Shown: positions 33,039 through 43,005, counted from the whole stretch's first letter. The stretch is DNA of 56,896 nt, filler included, from Barthelona sp. PAP020 (GCA_040182905.1; 4 parts of 4 records of this genome joined end to end with filler, not necessarily neighbours in it), one strand, 5' to 3'. Numbers and translations are program-made. The notes: a model not told the origin generated them from the sequence alone.

Positions 33039-35456
33039 ATGAGCTTCACAAGTGAAAACAACAATCCCCTGACACTGACAGAGGTTAGATCGCTTCTCAA
33101 ATTGAACGTTCTCAAGGGAATGAGAGGACTGATTTCCCTTATGAATCACGGTGTTGATTGTTCTGAGATGTTTGTTAATGTAATTCAGTATGTTCACCAT
33201 GAAGATTGGGAGGTTCAGCGGTTGGCTTTTAGTTATGTTACCCAGTATTCTGCAACAAATCCCGAGGAGGCTGTTTTGGCCATATCTGCCTTCCAAAAGG
33301 CGTTCAACGACAGATCACACATGGTACGAGCCACTGCTCTGCGTACATTGGCGAATTTTAAGACGAACGATGTTTCTGATGTGCTAATGATTCAATTGGA
33401 AAGATCCGCATCTGACCCTTCACCCCTTGTTCGCCGAACTGCGTTTTCGTCGATGATTGCCCTTGCCAGAAGGGATGATAAGTTCATTGAACCTCTTGTT
33501 TCTATTATTTCTGCGTCTCTTTTTGAGTCATCTCCGTTTGTTCTTTCCAGCGTGATGATTGCCTTCTCTGGCATCTGCCCTGATCGCTTTGACCTGATTC
33601 ATCCCATCTATCGCCGTTTGTGCAAGTTGTTGCCTGATCTTGACGAGCCCGGCATTATTGCTGCTCTTAAGATCCTTGTTCCCTATGTACGTAGCGAGTT
33701 TGTTGCTCCTATTGCCCCTCAAAAGGAAGACAAGCCCGAAGAAAAGGAAGAGGAGGAAGAATCTGACTATTTTGATGATGAAATCGAGGATTTTGTGCAT
33801 CCCGACCACAGGTTGTTTATTTCCTCTCTCTGTACGCTTTTGAATCATGGATCATCCGCTGTTATTGTTGAGGTTTGCCGTGCGATTTTTGAGGTTGCGC
33901 CTTTGTCCGAATGTATCACTCCAACTAAGATTTTGGTGCGTTTGCTCGAAATGTATCCTCCTTCTGCCAACGCAGCTGCAACTTACATCATAGAGCTTAT
34001 TGCCGATCTTACTGAATTTGCTGCGTCACTTTTTGCTCCATACTGGCGCTCCTTCTGCGTTTATCCCACTGAATCATTCAGCACTGTCAAGCTAAAACTG
34101 AGGGTTCTTTCTCGTTTGGCAACGGAGGCCACCGCTCCCACTCTTTTCCGTGAGTTAGGTAATTTGGCATACGTTTCAAGGCCTGCTGTTGCACGTGAAG
34201 CGATTGCGACTATCGGACGCATTGGTTCAACATTTGAGTCGTTGACCGAGCAGTCGTTATTCACATTGATGCGTTTTGTGTACTCTGGTAGTTCTTTACT
34301 GGTGTCAGAAGCAGTTATTGTCATCAGAAAGCTGCTTCAATTGCATTCTGACAAGGAGGCGCTTACCGATGTGCTCAAGGCGTTCACAAGGTTGCTGCCT
34401 GAGCTGGAAAATGACCAAGCCATTGCTGCTGTTGTGTGGTTGATTGGAGAATATCTTTCTCTCATTCCAAAATATGCTCCTGATGCACTTCGTCTGTTGG
34501 CAAAGAAGTTTGTGGATTACAGCACAGAAGTTAAGATGCAAGTTTTGAGTTTGGCGTTTAAACTGAAATTGTTCGCCTCCTCGAAGAACTACAATGAGAA
34601 GCAATTAAAAACCATTGAAGCTTTATCCGATTATGTCATGTCTCTGAGCAGATATGATGTTGATCTTGATATTCGTGACCGCAAGAGATTTTTATCTGGA
34701 GCCATACAGGCTGGCCCTGAGATTTCATCCAAACTCATTGCCGAAAGACCACCTCCCATTGGTGATGATATTCCTCCAAGACTTTATCGCCCAGGAACAC
34801 TTTCCCGAACCGCCGGCATCATGGTTCCTTTGTATCAGGATATTCCCGATTGGGCTGCCGAACAATCAACCCACAAACTCAGAGAACCACCTATCATCGA
34901 AAAGATGGAAAGCAAAGGAATGTTTTCCGAGGAAGAAGAGAGTGAATATGATTCTGAGTATGATTCTGAGTATGACAGTGAGTACGACAGTAAGTATGAC
35001 AGTGAGTACGATAGCGAGTACGACAGCGAGTATGATAGCATTGTGGTAGAGGATAATGAGGAAGATTCGGAGGAAGAAGAATCATCCAAGCCCAAGTTGA
35101 TTCCTATTTTGGAGTTTTCTGATGATGAGGATGCTGACAATGCGAAGGATGAATCAGACACCGACGAGGAAGAAGAAGAAGAGGAAGAAGAAGAGGAAGA
35201 TCAAAAGTTGAATGTCCACTCCAATTTATTTGCTGAGGAAGATGATGTCTCGGACATACAATCTGATATGAGCAATGCTGAGAACGTCGAAGTTCATTCT
35301 GAAGATGATGAAGTGAATGAAAAGGATGAGGAATCAGAAGAAGACGAAGAATCTGAAGAATCCGAAGAAGAAACAGATAAAGAGGAAAATACTCTAACTT
35401 CTAACATGGAAACAGCAAAAATAGGCATTGAAGAGGATGAAGACTTTGAAAATTAA
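33039..35456 (+). CDS. AP3B: AP-3 adaptor complex beta subunit (trunk plus acidic hinge, no ear)
   Basis: AVLAISAFQKAFND, VRATALR, DPSPLVRRTA, CPDRFDLIHPIYRRLCKLLPDLDE, VVWLIGEY, SRYDVDLDIRDR; first ATG at 33039. Confidence 0.92.
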   Translation: MSFTSENNNPLTLTEVRSLLKLNVLKGMRGLISLMNHGVDCSEMFVNVIQYVHHEDWEVQRLAFSYVTQYSATNPEEAVLAISAFQKAFNDRSHMVRATALRTLANFKTNDVSDVLMIQLERSASDPSPLVRRTAFSSMIALARRDDKFIEPLVSIISASLFESSPFVLSSVMIAFSGICPDRFDLIHPIYRRLCKLLPDLDEPGIIAALKILVPYVRSEFVAPIAPQKEDKPEEKEEEEESDYFDDEIEDFVHPDHRLFISSLCTLLNHGSSAVIVEVCRAIFEVAPLSECITPTKILVRLLEMYPPSANAAATYIIELIADLTEFAASLFAPYWRSFCVYPTESFSTVKLKLRVLSRLATEATAPTLFRELGNLAYVSRPAVAREAIATIGRIGSTFESLTEQSLFTLMRFVYSGSSLLVSEAVIVIRKLLQLHSDKEALTDVLKAFTRLLPELENDQAIAAVVWLIGEYLSLIPKYAPDALRLLAKKFVDYSTEVKMQVLSLAFKLKLFASSKNYNEKQLKTIEALSDYVMSLSRYDVDLDIRDRKRFLSGAIQAGPEISSKLIAERPPPIGDDIPPRLYRPGTLSRTAGIMVPLYQDIPDWAAEQSTHKLREPPIIEKMESKGMFSEEEESEYDSEYDSEYDSEYDSKYDSEYDSEYDSEYDSIVVEDNEEDSEEEESSKPKLIPILEFSDDEDADNAKDESDTDEEEEEEEEEEEDQKLNVHSNLFAEEDDVSDIQSDMSNAENVEVHSEDDEVNEKDEESEEDEESEESEEETDKEENTLTSNMETAKIGIEEDEDFEN
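34941..35039 (+). repeat. 12-bp coding tandem repeat, (SEYD) x about 8, in the AP-3 beta hinge
   Basis: gagtatgacagt-type units with synonymous variation. Confidence 0.9.
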
Positions 35457-35522
35457 TTGTATTTGTGTATGTTGGAACAGTAAATTTATAAATATTTTTT
35501 TTCTTTGAATGGTTGCGTATCG

Positions 35523-36136
35523 ATGAATTATGCTCCTTTGATTGTTTTTTTGGTAGTTCTGCTTTTCTTTCACACGCTTGAATATGTTATTGCAAAGATA
35601 TATCATCCCGAAACAGCGAACTATGAAGGTATTTTCTTTCTCTCCTGTCAAACTAACTGTTAGACACGTGTTTCTTCCAATGGTCGTATATTATTGCGAT
35701 GACTTGCGCTATAATCGAGTTTTTTATCAGAAATCATTTATTTCCACAATATCAAGAGTTCTTTTTTGTCAAGTGCATCTTTTATATCGGTGTTTCAGGA
35801 TGCATTATTTGTGATCTATTTCGAAAAATCGCCATGATTCAGGCAGGAAAGAGCTTCACACACAAAGTTCAATCCCGGAAAAGGGAAGAACACACTTTGA
35901 TAACGAATGGATTGTATAAGATAATGAGACATCCCTCGTATTTCTTTTGGATGTACTGGGCTGTTTTCACACAGTTTATTTTGGGAAATCCCATGTCGGT
36001 TGTTGCCTACTTTTTAGTTTCTAATTTCACATTTAGAAAACGTATAAGGGCTGAAGAATACTATTTGATTGCAAACATATTTGGAAAACAATATGAAGAG
36101 TACAGAGACAAAACACCGACACTCATGTTTATATAA
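35523..36136 (+). CDS. ICMT: Isoprenylcysteine carboxyl methyltransferase; exons 35523-35628 and 35664-36136 (192 aa)
   Basis: Exon 1 FHTLEY; exon 2 AGKSFTHKV, HTLITNGLYKIMRHPSY, RIRAEEYYL, FGKQYEEY. Confidence 0.93.
35629..35663 (+). other. 35-nt spliceosomal intron in ICMT
   Basis: GTATTT...ACTAACTGTTAG; removal fuses two conserved ICMT segments in frame. Confidence 0.92.
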
Positions 36137-36225
36137 CCTTAGTCGAATAAAAAAAAAAGCTTCGGACTTTACATAAATAGCTGATTTATATTTGTATTGT
36201 TTTTTAACATGAATACTTTAGCTGA

Positions 36226-36510
36226 TTATTCAGGTTTGTTAGGGTTGTTCTTAAGCAAATAGGAAGCCAACCATCCAACTGGATCAGCAGGTCTTTCTTT
36301 TGAAAGTTGATATAAACCTTGCAACAATAAAGGAACAACGGTAGAATCTAAATATGATCTGATAGAAGAACTTTGATTATGCATGTTGGAAATAACACTG
36401 GCGGAAACCTCTTCAACATTTTCTGGAACACTATCAGGTTCGACTTTGGGAACATTTGTTTCGTTATCGCTCACTAAATGTTAGATCTTTTAAAAGTGCA
36501 GTGATATACT
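36226..36510 (-). CDS. DPY30: Dpy-30 family protein (COMPASS subunit); ATG predicted to be split by an intron
   Basis: [35 protein letters not shown]. Confidence 0.9.
36474..36509 (-). other. 36-nt intron interrupting the Dpy-30 start codon (A|TG)
   Basis: A|GTATATCAC...GATCTAACATTTAG|TGAGCGAT gives AAAATG AGC GAT. Confidence 0.8.
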
Positions 36511-36709
36511 TTTCAATACACAAAAAAGGAAATAAAATTTTTCGATTTTGACATTTTTTTTTGAAAGGGCAGCGCGGGCACATTTTGGTTTACAATGATA
36601 TAAATGAATCAATAAAAAATCAAACCCAGAAAAAATGATACTTTTGCGTTTGCCTGATTTATTATCTGTTTTTCGAAGCTCATTTGGTTTTTTTCCATTT
36701 TAATTCAAG

Positions 36710-39700
36710 ATGCATTTTATAAGATGGATAGAAATAGAGAATTTCAAGAGTTATTACGGAAACCACCGAATTGGACCGTTCAAGAATTTCACCTCAATAA
36801 TTGGTCCAAATGGTTCTGGAAAATCAAATATTATGGATGCAATTAGTTTTGTATTGGGTATTCGGTCAAAAGAGATCAGAAGCGAGGCCAATTTGGATTT
36901 GATTCATTTCAATTCGACCAAGAACCGAAAACCTACCTTTTGTAAAGTTGTGTTGTGCTTGGTTGAGTCTGAAACAAATGAGGAGCTCTTTTTCAGCCGT
37001 TTATTGAATGAAAATGGCAGCAGATACAAGATCAATGAGAAAACAGTCACATCGTCTCATTACCACAAAGAGCTGAATAACATAGGCATAATTATCAAGG
37101 CAAGGAATTTCTTGGTTTTCCAGGGCGATATCATGACTGTTGTATCACAGGATTCAAGAAAGATAACCAATTTGTTCGAGATCATATCTGGATCCATCGA
37201 ATATAAACGCGAATACAATAAATTGTCACAACAGAACAGTATAGTTGAGGAGGAGATGCGTGAATCGTTAAAGTACAGAAAGGACTTTGAGGATACAAAG
37301 AATACGTACGAAGAACAAAAGAACATTGCGAAGAAGTTTGATAGATTGAAAGAACAGCGTGATGAGTTGAGATCAAAGGAACTGTTGAGCCGGTGCATTT
37401 TTTACGATGGCAAGTTGACCGAGGCCGAGAGTGCAAGTAAAAAATATCATGAAAATGTTGACATTTTGGTTGATGAGTTGAAGCGAGTGGACAGTTTGTT
37501 TGATGAAGTGAACAGGAAACGTGCTGATTTGGTCTTAAACTACAAAAAAACAGCCAATTCCCGGCAGAATGCCCAGAGGGAATTCGAGCAAATCAACCTG
37601 AAGTACACAGAATTGAAGAAGAAAGAGTTGTTCTACAGTAAAGACAAGCAGTTTGCCCAGCAAAAATATGACACAATGAAGAGTGGGATTGAGCAAGACA
37701 CAAAAGAAGCCGATGAGTTTAGGGCTGCCGTCACTGACTTGGAAGAAAAATTGGAGGCACTGGATTTGTGGTATGAGGAACAGCAGAAGAAGCATCAGCA
37801 TCAGTTTTTGCAGGAGGGTGAAGAACCTGAATTCAAACAGCTGTTGCAGCTTTGTGAGGAAAAGACAATGCTTTTAGAGACCGAGTATGAGACTTTGACA
37901 AATCTTATTTCTGCAGATGCGAGGCAGATTCAAAATTACCACAACGAAATGAAATCTGCACAGGAAAGAACAAAACAAACCGAAAATCAACTGATAATTC
38001 TTGAGAGAATGATTTCTGAGGAGGAGGCAATGATTAACAAATACGAGATTGAATTGTCTGAACTGCGAGTCAGACAAAGGAGTTTGCTTGATGAATTTGT
38101 TCAGATTGAAAAGAAGGAGTCGCTCATTAAGGCCGATATAAATCATCTAAACTCGCGCATGAACGAACTGACTGCAAACAGGCATGATTTAGAGAAGATA
38201 AAGCACAAGATGGGGATTATAAATGATTTGAAGAGACACATTCCAGGTGTTCTTGGCCGAGTAACTGATCTTTGTTCACCAATTGCAAGCAGGTATAATT
38301 TAGCAATAGCTGTTGCCATGGGCCGACACACAGATTCAATTGTTGTTGAGGATACAAAAGTGGCAAAAGCATGTATCGAATATTTGAGAAATAAAAAGGC
38401 CAAACCACTAACTTTCTTGCCAATGGATTTAATCAAGCCAAAGGACAAACAAAAAACGAATCTTACTGAACGATTGACGCAGTCTTTCAGTCAGTCTTTC
38501 AGTCAGTCATTTACAACGACGGAAACCAATCTTCGAGACGTCATTCCGGTGTTGGATTGCATTCATTATGACTCCAATCTGGTTCAGATTTTTCAACATG
38601 TTTTTGGATCGACAATGGTTTGCAATACACTAGAACAGGCCAAATTTATTACATACCACCCGGACAATGGACCTTTAAGTTCAATCCTTCAAGGAAAACG
38701 CATCAAGACGGTTACTTTGGATGGAACTCTGCTGAGAACGTCGGGAATTGTGTCTACTGGCAGAGGAGGGCTTGAAAAGAAGGTGCAACAATTCAGCGAG
38801 CAGCAAATCAGTGAGATTGCACGGGAAATAGAAGAAAAGAACATTTTGCTGGTTGACTTGCTGAGCGAGAAGAAGAAGATTCCAAATCGTACCGAGTTGT
38901 CATCTCAAATTCTGAGTCTTGAGTCAAAAATAGAAACATTGAGGGGAGATTTGATCGTTGATCAGCGACGATTAGTTGAGAAGAAAGAAAGCTTGGAGAC
39001 ATGTACAAATTTAGAACGAAAGCTTGAAAACAGATTGAACGAGCATCAAACACAGAGCGATTCAAGAGTCACACAATTGAGCAGTGTCAAGAATGGATTG
39101 AAGGAGGTGAAAATTAAGATCTTCAAAAAGTACAAGAGGAGAAAGGGCTTCAACGATTTCCTCGACCAATTGGATAATGAGGCTGATATTTTGAAGCGCT
39201 ACAATGAGGAAAAAACCCAACAGATAATATTGAAGAACAATTTGATTGAGAAGCTGGAACAGATTGAGTATAGACTGAAGAACCGCAACATCAAACGAAT
39301 CGAAAAGCAGCTCAAGTATTTCGACAAGGAGCTGGATGATTGCAGATCAGAGTTGAACTCCATGGAAGCCAAGATAAAAAAAATAAAGAACAGACTCAAC
39401 AATTCTAAGAAGGTGAACGATGAGCATTCAAACGATCTGAAAGATATCGAAATTGAGCTTGATCGGGTCATTGTGTCAAAGAAGGATTTGTCGAAGAAGC
39501 TGTCTTTTGAGAGAGAGAATTTGCAGAAACAACAAATAGAGACACAGTTGTATCAAAACAAAGTTAACCATCACATTGAACAGGCAATCAAAGAAAATAT
39601 TTCGTTGATGTTTGAAAACGGCCAAAACCTGTTGGATTTGGATGCTGATTTTAATTTTGACTATTTGAAACTGCTGGATACGTCATTGCTCACAAGCAAC

Positions 39701-40471
39701 GAGATGGGAAAACTATTGGATGCCAACTTGAAGGGTTTTGAGAAGATCATCGTTGGTTATGAAGACAAGATCAATGATCTAACGCAGGAAATGTACGAAA
39801 ACACACCAATGTTCAGGTTGAGCGACAAGCAAAAGGAGATTCAGGAGCAGTTTGGCAAGGCACAAGAAGAGGCCAAGAACAAACGTGAAGAACACAAAAT
39901 GATTTCTACCAAGTTCAAAGAGATTTCAAAGAAAAGAAAAGATGCTTTTATGAAGCTATTCCACCATGTTCAAAAGGTTATCGATTCAATATACAAAGAG
40001 TTGACCATTTCTGAGATTCATCCACAGGGCGGACAAGCATTCATCAATCTTGAAAATGAGACTCTTCCATTTGATGGTGGTGTTAGATTTGATGCAATTC
40101 CACCATTGAAGAGATTCAGAGGTATGGAAGGTTTGAGTGGTGGTGAAAAAACTATTGCTGCTTTGGCTCTGCTGTTCAGTCTCCATTCATTTGCCCCGTC
40201 ACCGTTTTTCATTTTGGACGAAGTGGATGCTGCGTTGGACAACACAAATCTGTTCAAATTGACCAATTTTTTGCAAAAGCAAAGAGACAGACTGATTGGA
40301 AAGTTAGACCCTCATCCAAGCATTCCTCTGTTTCAGATAATTGTGATTAGTCTCAAGGATGTATTTTTCGATAAAGCAGAGAACCTAATTGGTGTTTATA
40401 AAGATCAAGAGTCGCAGTCTTCCGGCGTCATTCAGTTTGATTTGGAAGATTTTGAAGAAGAAGAAGATTAA
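36710..40471 (+). CDS. SMC1: Cohesin subunit SMC1
   Basis: ENFKSY, IGPFKNFTSIIGPNGSGKSNIMDAISFVLG, ARNFLVFQGD, PPLKRFRGM, LSGGEKT, PSPFFILDEVDAALD, IVISLK. Confidence 0.97.
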   Translation: MHFIRWIEIENFKSYYGNHRIGPFKNFTSIIGPNGSGKSNIMDAISFVLGIRSKEIRSEANLDLIHFNSTKNRKPTFCKVVLCLVESETNEELFFSRLLNENGSRYKINEKTVTSSHYHKELNNIGIIIKARNFLVFQGDIMTVVSQDSRKITNLFEIISGSIEYKREYNKLSQQNSIVEEEMRESLKYRKDFEDTKNTYEEQKNIAKKFDRLKEQRDELRSKELLSRCIFYDGKLTEAESASKKYHENVDILVDELKRVDSLFDEVNRKRADLVLNYKKTANSRQNAQREFEQINLKYTELKKKELFYSKDKQFAQQKYDTMKSGIEQDTKEADEFRAAVTDLEEKLEALDLWYEEQQKKHQHQFLQEGEEPEFKQLLQLCEEKTMLLETEYETLTNLISADARQIQNYHNEMKSAQERTKQTENQLIILERMISEEEAMINKYEIELSELRVRQRSLLDEFVQIEKKESLIKADINHLNSRMNELTANRHDLEKIKHKMGIINDLKRHIPGVLGRVTDLCSPIASRYNLAIAVAMGRHTDSIVVEDTKVAKACIEYLRNKKAKPLTFLPMDLIKPKDKQKTNLTERLTQSFSQSFSQSFTTTETNLRDVIPVLDCIHYDSNLVQIFQHVFGSTMVCNTLEQAKFITYHPDNGPLSSILQGKRIKTVTLDGTLLRTSGIVSTGRGGLEKKVQQFSEQQISEIAREIEEKNILLVDLLSEKKKIPNRTELSSQILSLESKIETLRGDLIVDQRRLVEKKESLETCTNLERKLENRLNEHQTQSDSRVTQLSSVKNGLKEVKIKIFKKYKRRKGFNDFLDQLDNEADILKRYNEEKTQQIILKNNLIEKLEQIEYRLKNRNIKRIEKQLKYFDKELDDCRSELNSMEAKIKKIKNRLNNSKKVNDEHSNDLKDIEIELDRVIVSKKDLSKKLSFERENLQKQQIETQLYQNKVNHHIEQAIKENISLMFENGQNLLDLDADFNFDYLKLLDTSLLTSNEMGKLLDANLKGFEKIIVGYEDKINDLTQEMYENTPMFRLSDKQKEIQEQFGKAQEEAKNKREEHKMISTKFKEISKKRKDAFMKLFHHVQKVIDSIYKELTISEIHPQGGQAFINLENETLPFDGGVRFDAIPPLKRFRGMEGLSGGEKTIAALALLFSLHSFAPSPFFILDEVDAALDNTNLFKLTNFLQKQRDRLIGKLDPHPSIPLFQIIVISLKDVFFDKAENLIGVYKDQESQSSGVIQFDLEDFEEEED
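38480..38512 (+). repeat. 12-bp tandem repeat (QSFS x about 3) in the SMC1 hinge
   Basis: cagtctttcagt repeated twice plus a partial third copy. Confidence 0.75.
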
Positions 40472-40785
40472 AATGTTCATGAAAGGATATTTAAGTAAAT
40501 AGATACAAACTTTGTTTTAACTATACATCATTCAAACACTTGAGAGGCAATTTCAGTGCTTTTGGAGAATTGGAAACAATTTCAACAAAAATTGAAAATT
40601 GTGTTTGAAAGCTGCAAAAACACCAAAATGCATGTCATCGAGCGCGCAGTGCGCGATTTGAACAAGGTCTACGGATGAAAAACCATCAAAATGCCATGAA
40701 TCAATCAGGTTCACACCATCTTTTTCCAAATATTTCTTATTACTTGACTCTTTTTTTAAAAATTAGACCGAATATCTGATTATTT

Positions 40786-41988
40786 ATGATGAGTGATAAC
40801 GAACAAAAAACAATTGTAGAAGAGGAAGCTGTTCAAGACATCGAAGATTTCGGCAGCGAAAGTGAATCAGTTGAGGATCAAAATGAAACACGTCCAATGA
40901 TTTCAGATTCTTTAAACAAGGATTTGGTCAAGCAAGGGTACAAAATTGTTGGTACTCACAGTGCAGTTAAACTTTGCACTTGGACAAAGTCCAATTTGAA
41001 AGGGGCTGAAAACGTTTGCTACAAGCAAACATTTTACGGTCTCCGTTGTGGTTCTTGCATGCAAATGACCACGTCCGTCGCCTGTGCAAACCGTTGTGTC
41101 TTCTGTTGGCGTCATCAGCGTTCTCCCATCATCAAGGACAACTGGAAGTGGGAGTGCGATGAGCCTGAGAACATAATCAAGAAATCTCTTTGGTGGCAGA
41201 ACCGACTCATTGTTGAAAGAAAACCCGTCCCTGGTGTCCTTCCCGAGCAAATCGAGAAGTCTTTGGAGGTCAAGCATGTTGCTCTTTCGTTGGTTGGAGA
41301 ACCCATATGCTATCCAAAGTTTCCTGAGATCATCAAGGGCTTCCATGATCGTTGTATCAGCACATTCGTCGTTACAAACGGTCAACATCCCTCTGCCTTG
41401 CGTAGAATGCCTCCTGTTACACAGTTGTATCTTTCTGTCGATGCACCAACTGAAGACCGTCTGAAACAGGTCGACAGACCAGCATTCAGAGATTTCTGGC
41501 CAAGATTGATGGAATGTCTTGATATTTTAGCACAAAGACCTGACCGTACGGTTATTAGAATTACCGCTGTCCGTCATATCAACATGGACTTGCTGAATGA
41601 TTATGTCACATTAATCCGCAGAGGCAATCCTGATTTCATTGAAGTCAAGGGCTTCACATTTGTTGGTGGTGCTCGAGACTCCCTTGATTGGGACAACTTT
41701 ACAAGATTGGATGAATGCATTCAAATGGCTGAACAGTTGGTCGAGATAATGCCCGAGTATGAAATTGTTTCCGTTCATCCTCGTTCAAGAGCTGTCATGT
41801 TATGCAGACCCGACAAGTGGAAAGTAGACGGCGTTTGGAAGACCTACATTGACTTTGAAAAGTTCTTTATTTTGGCAGGTTCCAATACAGTTTCCAAGTA
41901 TGGATACATGGCTGAAACCCCAGATGAATATTTAAATTACCCTTTTGATGTTGTTCCATCGAATGATGAAGCAGAGCGTGACGCTTGA
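40786..41988 (+). CDS. TYW1: tRNA wybutosine-synthesis radical SAM enzyme TYW1, without flavodoxin domain
   Basis: QGYKIVGTHSAVKLCTWTK, CYKQTFYG, CANRCVFCWR, HVALSLVGEP, TFVVTNG, TQLYLSVDA, PDFIEVKG. Confidence 0.95.
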   Translation: MMSDNEQKTIVEEEAVQDIEDFGSESESVEDQNETRPMISDSLNKDLVKQGYKIVGTHSAVKLCTWTKSNLKGAENVCYKQTFYGLRCGSCMQMTTSVACANRCVFCWRHQRSPIIKDNWKWECDEPENIIKKSLWWQNRLIVERKPVPGVLPEQIEKSLEVKHVALSLVGEPICYPKFPEIIKGFHDRCISTFVVTNGQHPSALRRMPPVTQLYLSVDAPTEDRLKQVDRPAFRDFWPRLMECLDILAQRPDRTVIRITAVRHINMDLLNDYVTLIRRGNPDFIEVKGFTFVGGARDSLDWDNFTRLDECIQMAEQLVEIMPEYEIVSVHPRSRAVMLCRPDKWKVDGVWKTYIDFEKFFILAGSNTVSKYGYMAETPDEYLNYPFDVVPSNDEAERDA

Positions 41989-42067
41989 TCTCTGATATAA
42001 AAAAATAAAATAGTCGTTTTTTGTTGATCGAAGAAATTTGATTTATTTTTATCATTTTTTCCACGTT

Positions 42068-42577
42068 ATGGGTTCACTTTTTGACGACATTGATTCATTA
42101 TTATCAGATATTAAACCGAAAAACAAAACAAAAAACAGTCAAACGCAGAACATCTATTCACATGCATCGAGCAACAGTTCAAGTTCTTTCATGTCCGATT
42201 TAGGATTGGATATGAACTTTGGAAAGGCTGGTTCTGCAAACAAATCATCGTCAACGAGCGTCAATCAGAACCCCAGTTTTAGTCTTCACAAAAACACTGT
42301 TCATCATGATAGTCAACCCAAGTCATTACACACAAAGCACAGTAAATCCACTAGATCGAAGTTACGGTGTTATAATTGCGATTTTCCTGTCTTGCAGTTT
42401 GAAAATTGCGTTTGGTCCGACAAAGTCAACTACATGTTTTTTCGCAATGCAAACAATAACCCAAACACCCTAAGCTCAAACCTTATTGATACCCCCGGCT
42501 CAACAGCTCTGTGTTGTCAGTGCACATGGAAAAATTGGTCTGCCTCCCAAAAAGAGTGTGGTCCAGGTTGGTTGTAA
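42068..42577 (+). CDS. CFAP418: Cilia- and flagella-associated protein 418 (C8orf37) homolog
   Basis: DDIDSLLSDI N-terminus; LRCYNCDFPV, WSDKVNYMFFRN, CCQCTW; ATG at 42068. Confidence 0.88.
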   Translation: MGSLFDDIDSLLSDIKPKNKTKNSQTQNIYSHASSNSSSSFMSDLGLDMNFGKAGSANKSSSTSVNQNPSFSLHKNTVHHDSQPKSLHTKHSKSTRSKLRCYNCDFPVLQFENCVWSDKVNYMFFRNANNNPNTLSSNLIDTPGSTALCCQCTWKNWSASQKECGPGWL

Positions 42578-42711
42578 ATTTTATCCCTTCGTTTTTGTTT
42601 CTGAATCAGTTGATTTTTCCATTAATAAAAAAGAAGAAGATTTCTCATTTCCTAAAATTTTGCCAAAGTGCTCAATTTCAATCAAAAATGAATTAAAAAT
42701 AAAACACATTT

Positions 42712-42793
42712 TCATTTATTGTCGAGCTGTTTGAGACTCTGTCTTATTTGGAAGAGTTTTTCCTCAAGAGTGTCAGTTTCATTCATTGCCTGC
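42712..42793 (-). CDS. 3' fragment of a gene cut by the contig end (QAMNETDTLEEKLFQIRQSLKQLDNK*)
   Basis: Coiled-coil-like open frame from the gap to TGA. Confidence 0.5.
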
Positions 42794-42893
42794 NNNNNNN
42801 NNNNNNNNNNNNNNNNNNNNNNNNNNNNNNNNNNNNNTTAATTAATTAANNNNNNNNNNNNNNNNNNNNNNNNNNNNNNNNNNNNNNNNNNNN
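42794..42893. other. Artificial contig-joining spacer
   Basis: N44-TTAATTAATTAA-N44. Confidence 0.97.
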
Positions 42894-42894
42894 G

Positions 42895-43005
42895 TTTGAA
42901 ATATTCAGACAATACAACAACAGCATTGAAATAAATCCTGAAACCATCAAGGAGAAATTACGACAAGAAATGGAAAAAGAAGAGCAGATGGCTGTTTCCA
43001 GTTGA
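42895..43005 (+). CDS. 3' fragment of a gene cut by the contig start (FEIFRQYNNSIEINPETIKEKLRQEMEKEEQMAVSS*)
   Basis: Open frame from the gap to TGA. Confidence 0.5.
   Translation, partial: FEIFRQYNNSIEINPETIKEKLRQEMEKEEQMAVSS

Noticed and set aside
34941..35039. Tandem repeat as a CRISPR array
   Set aside because: 12-bp in-frame coding units with no spacers and no cas genes
14242..42893. Repeated TTAATTAATTAA within N runs as a biological repeat
   Set aside because: Three identical 100-nt spacers with six-frame stops between size-sorted contigs; a concatenation artefact
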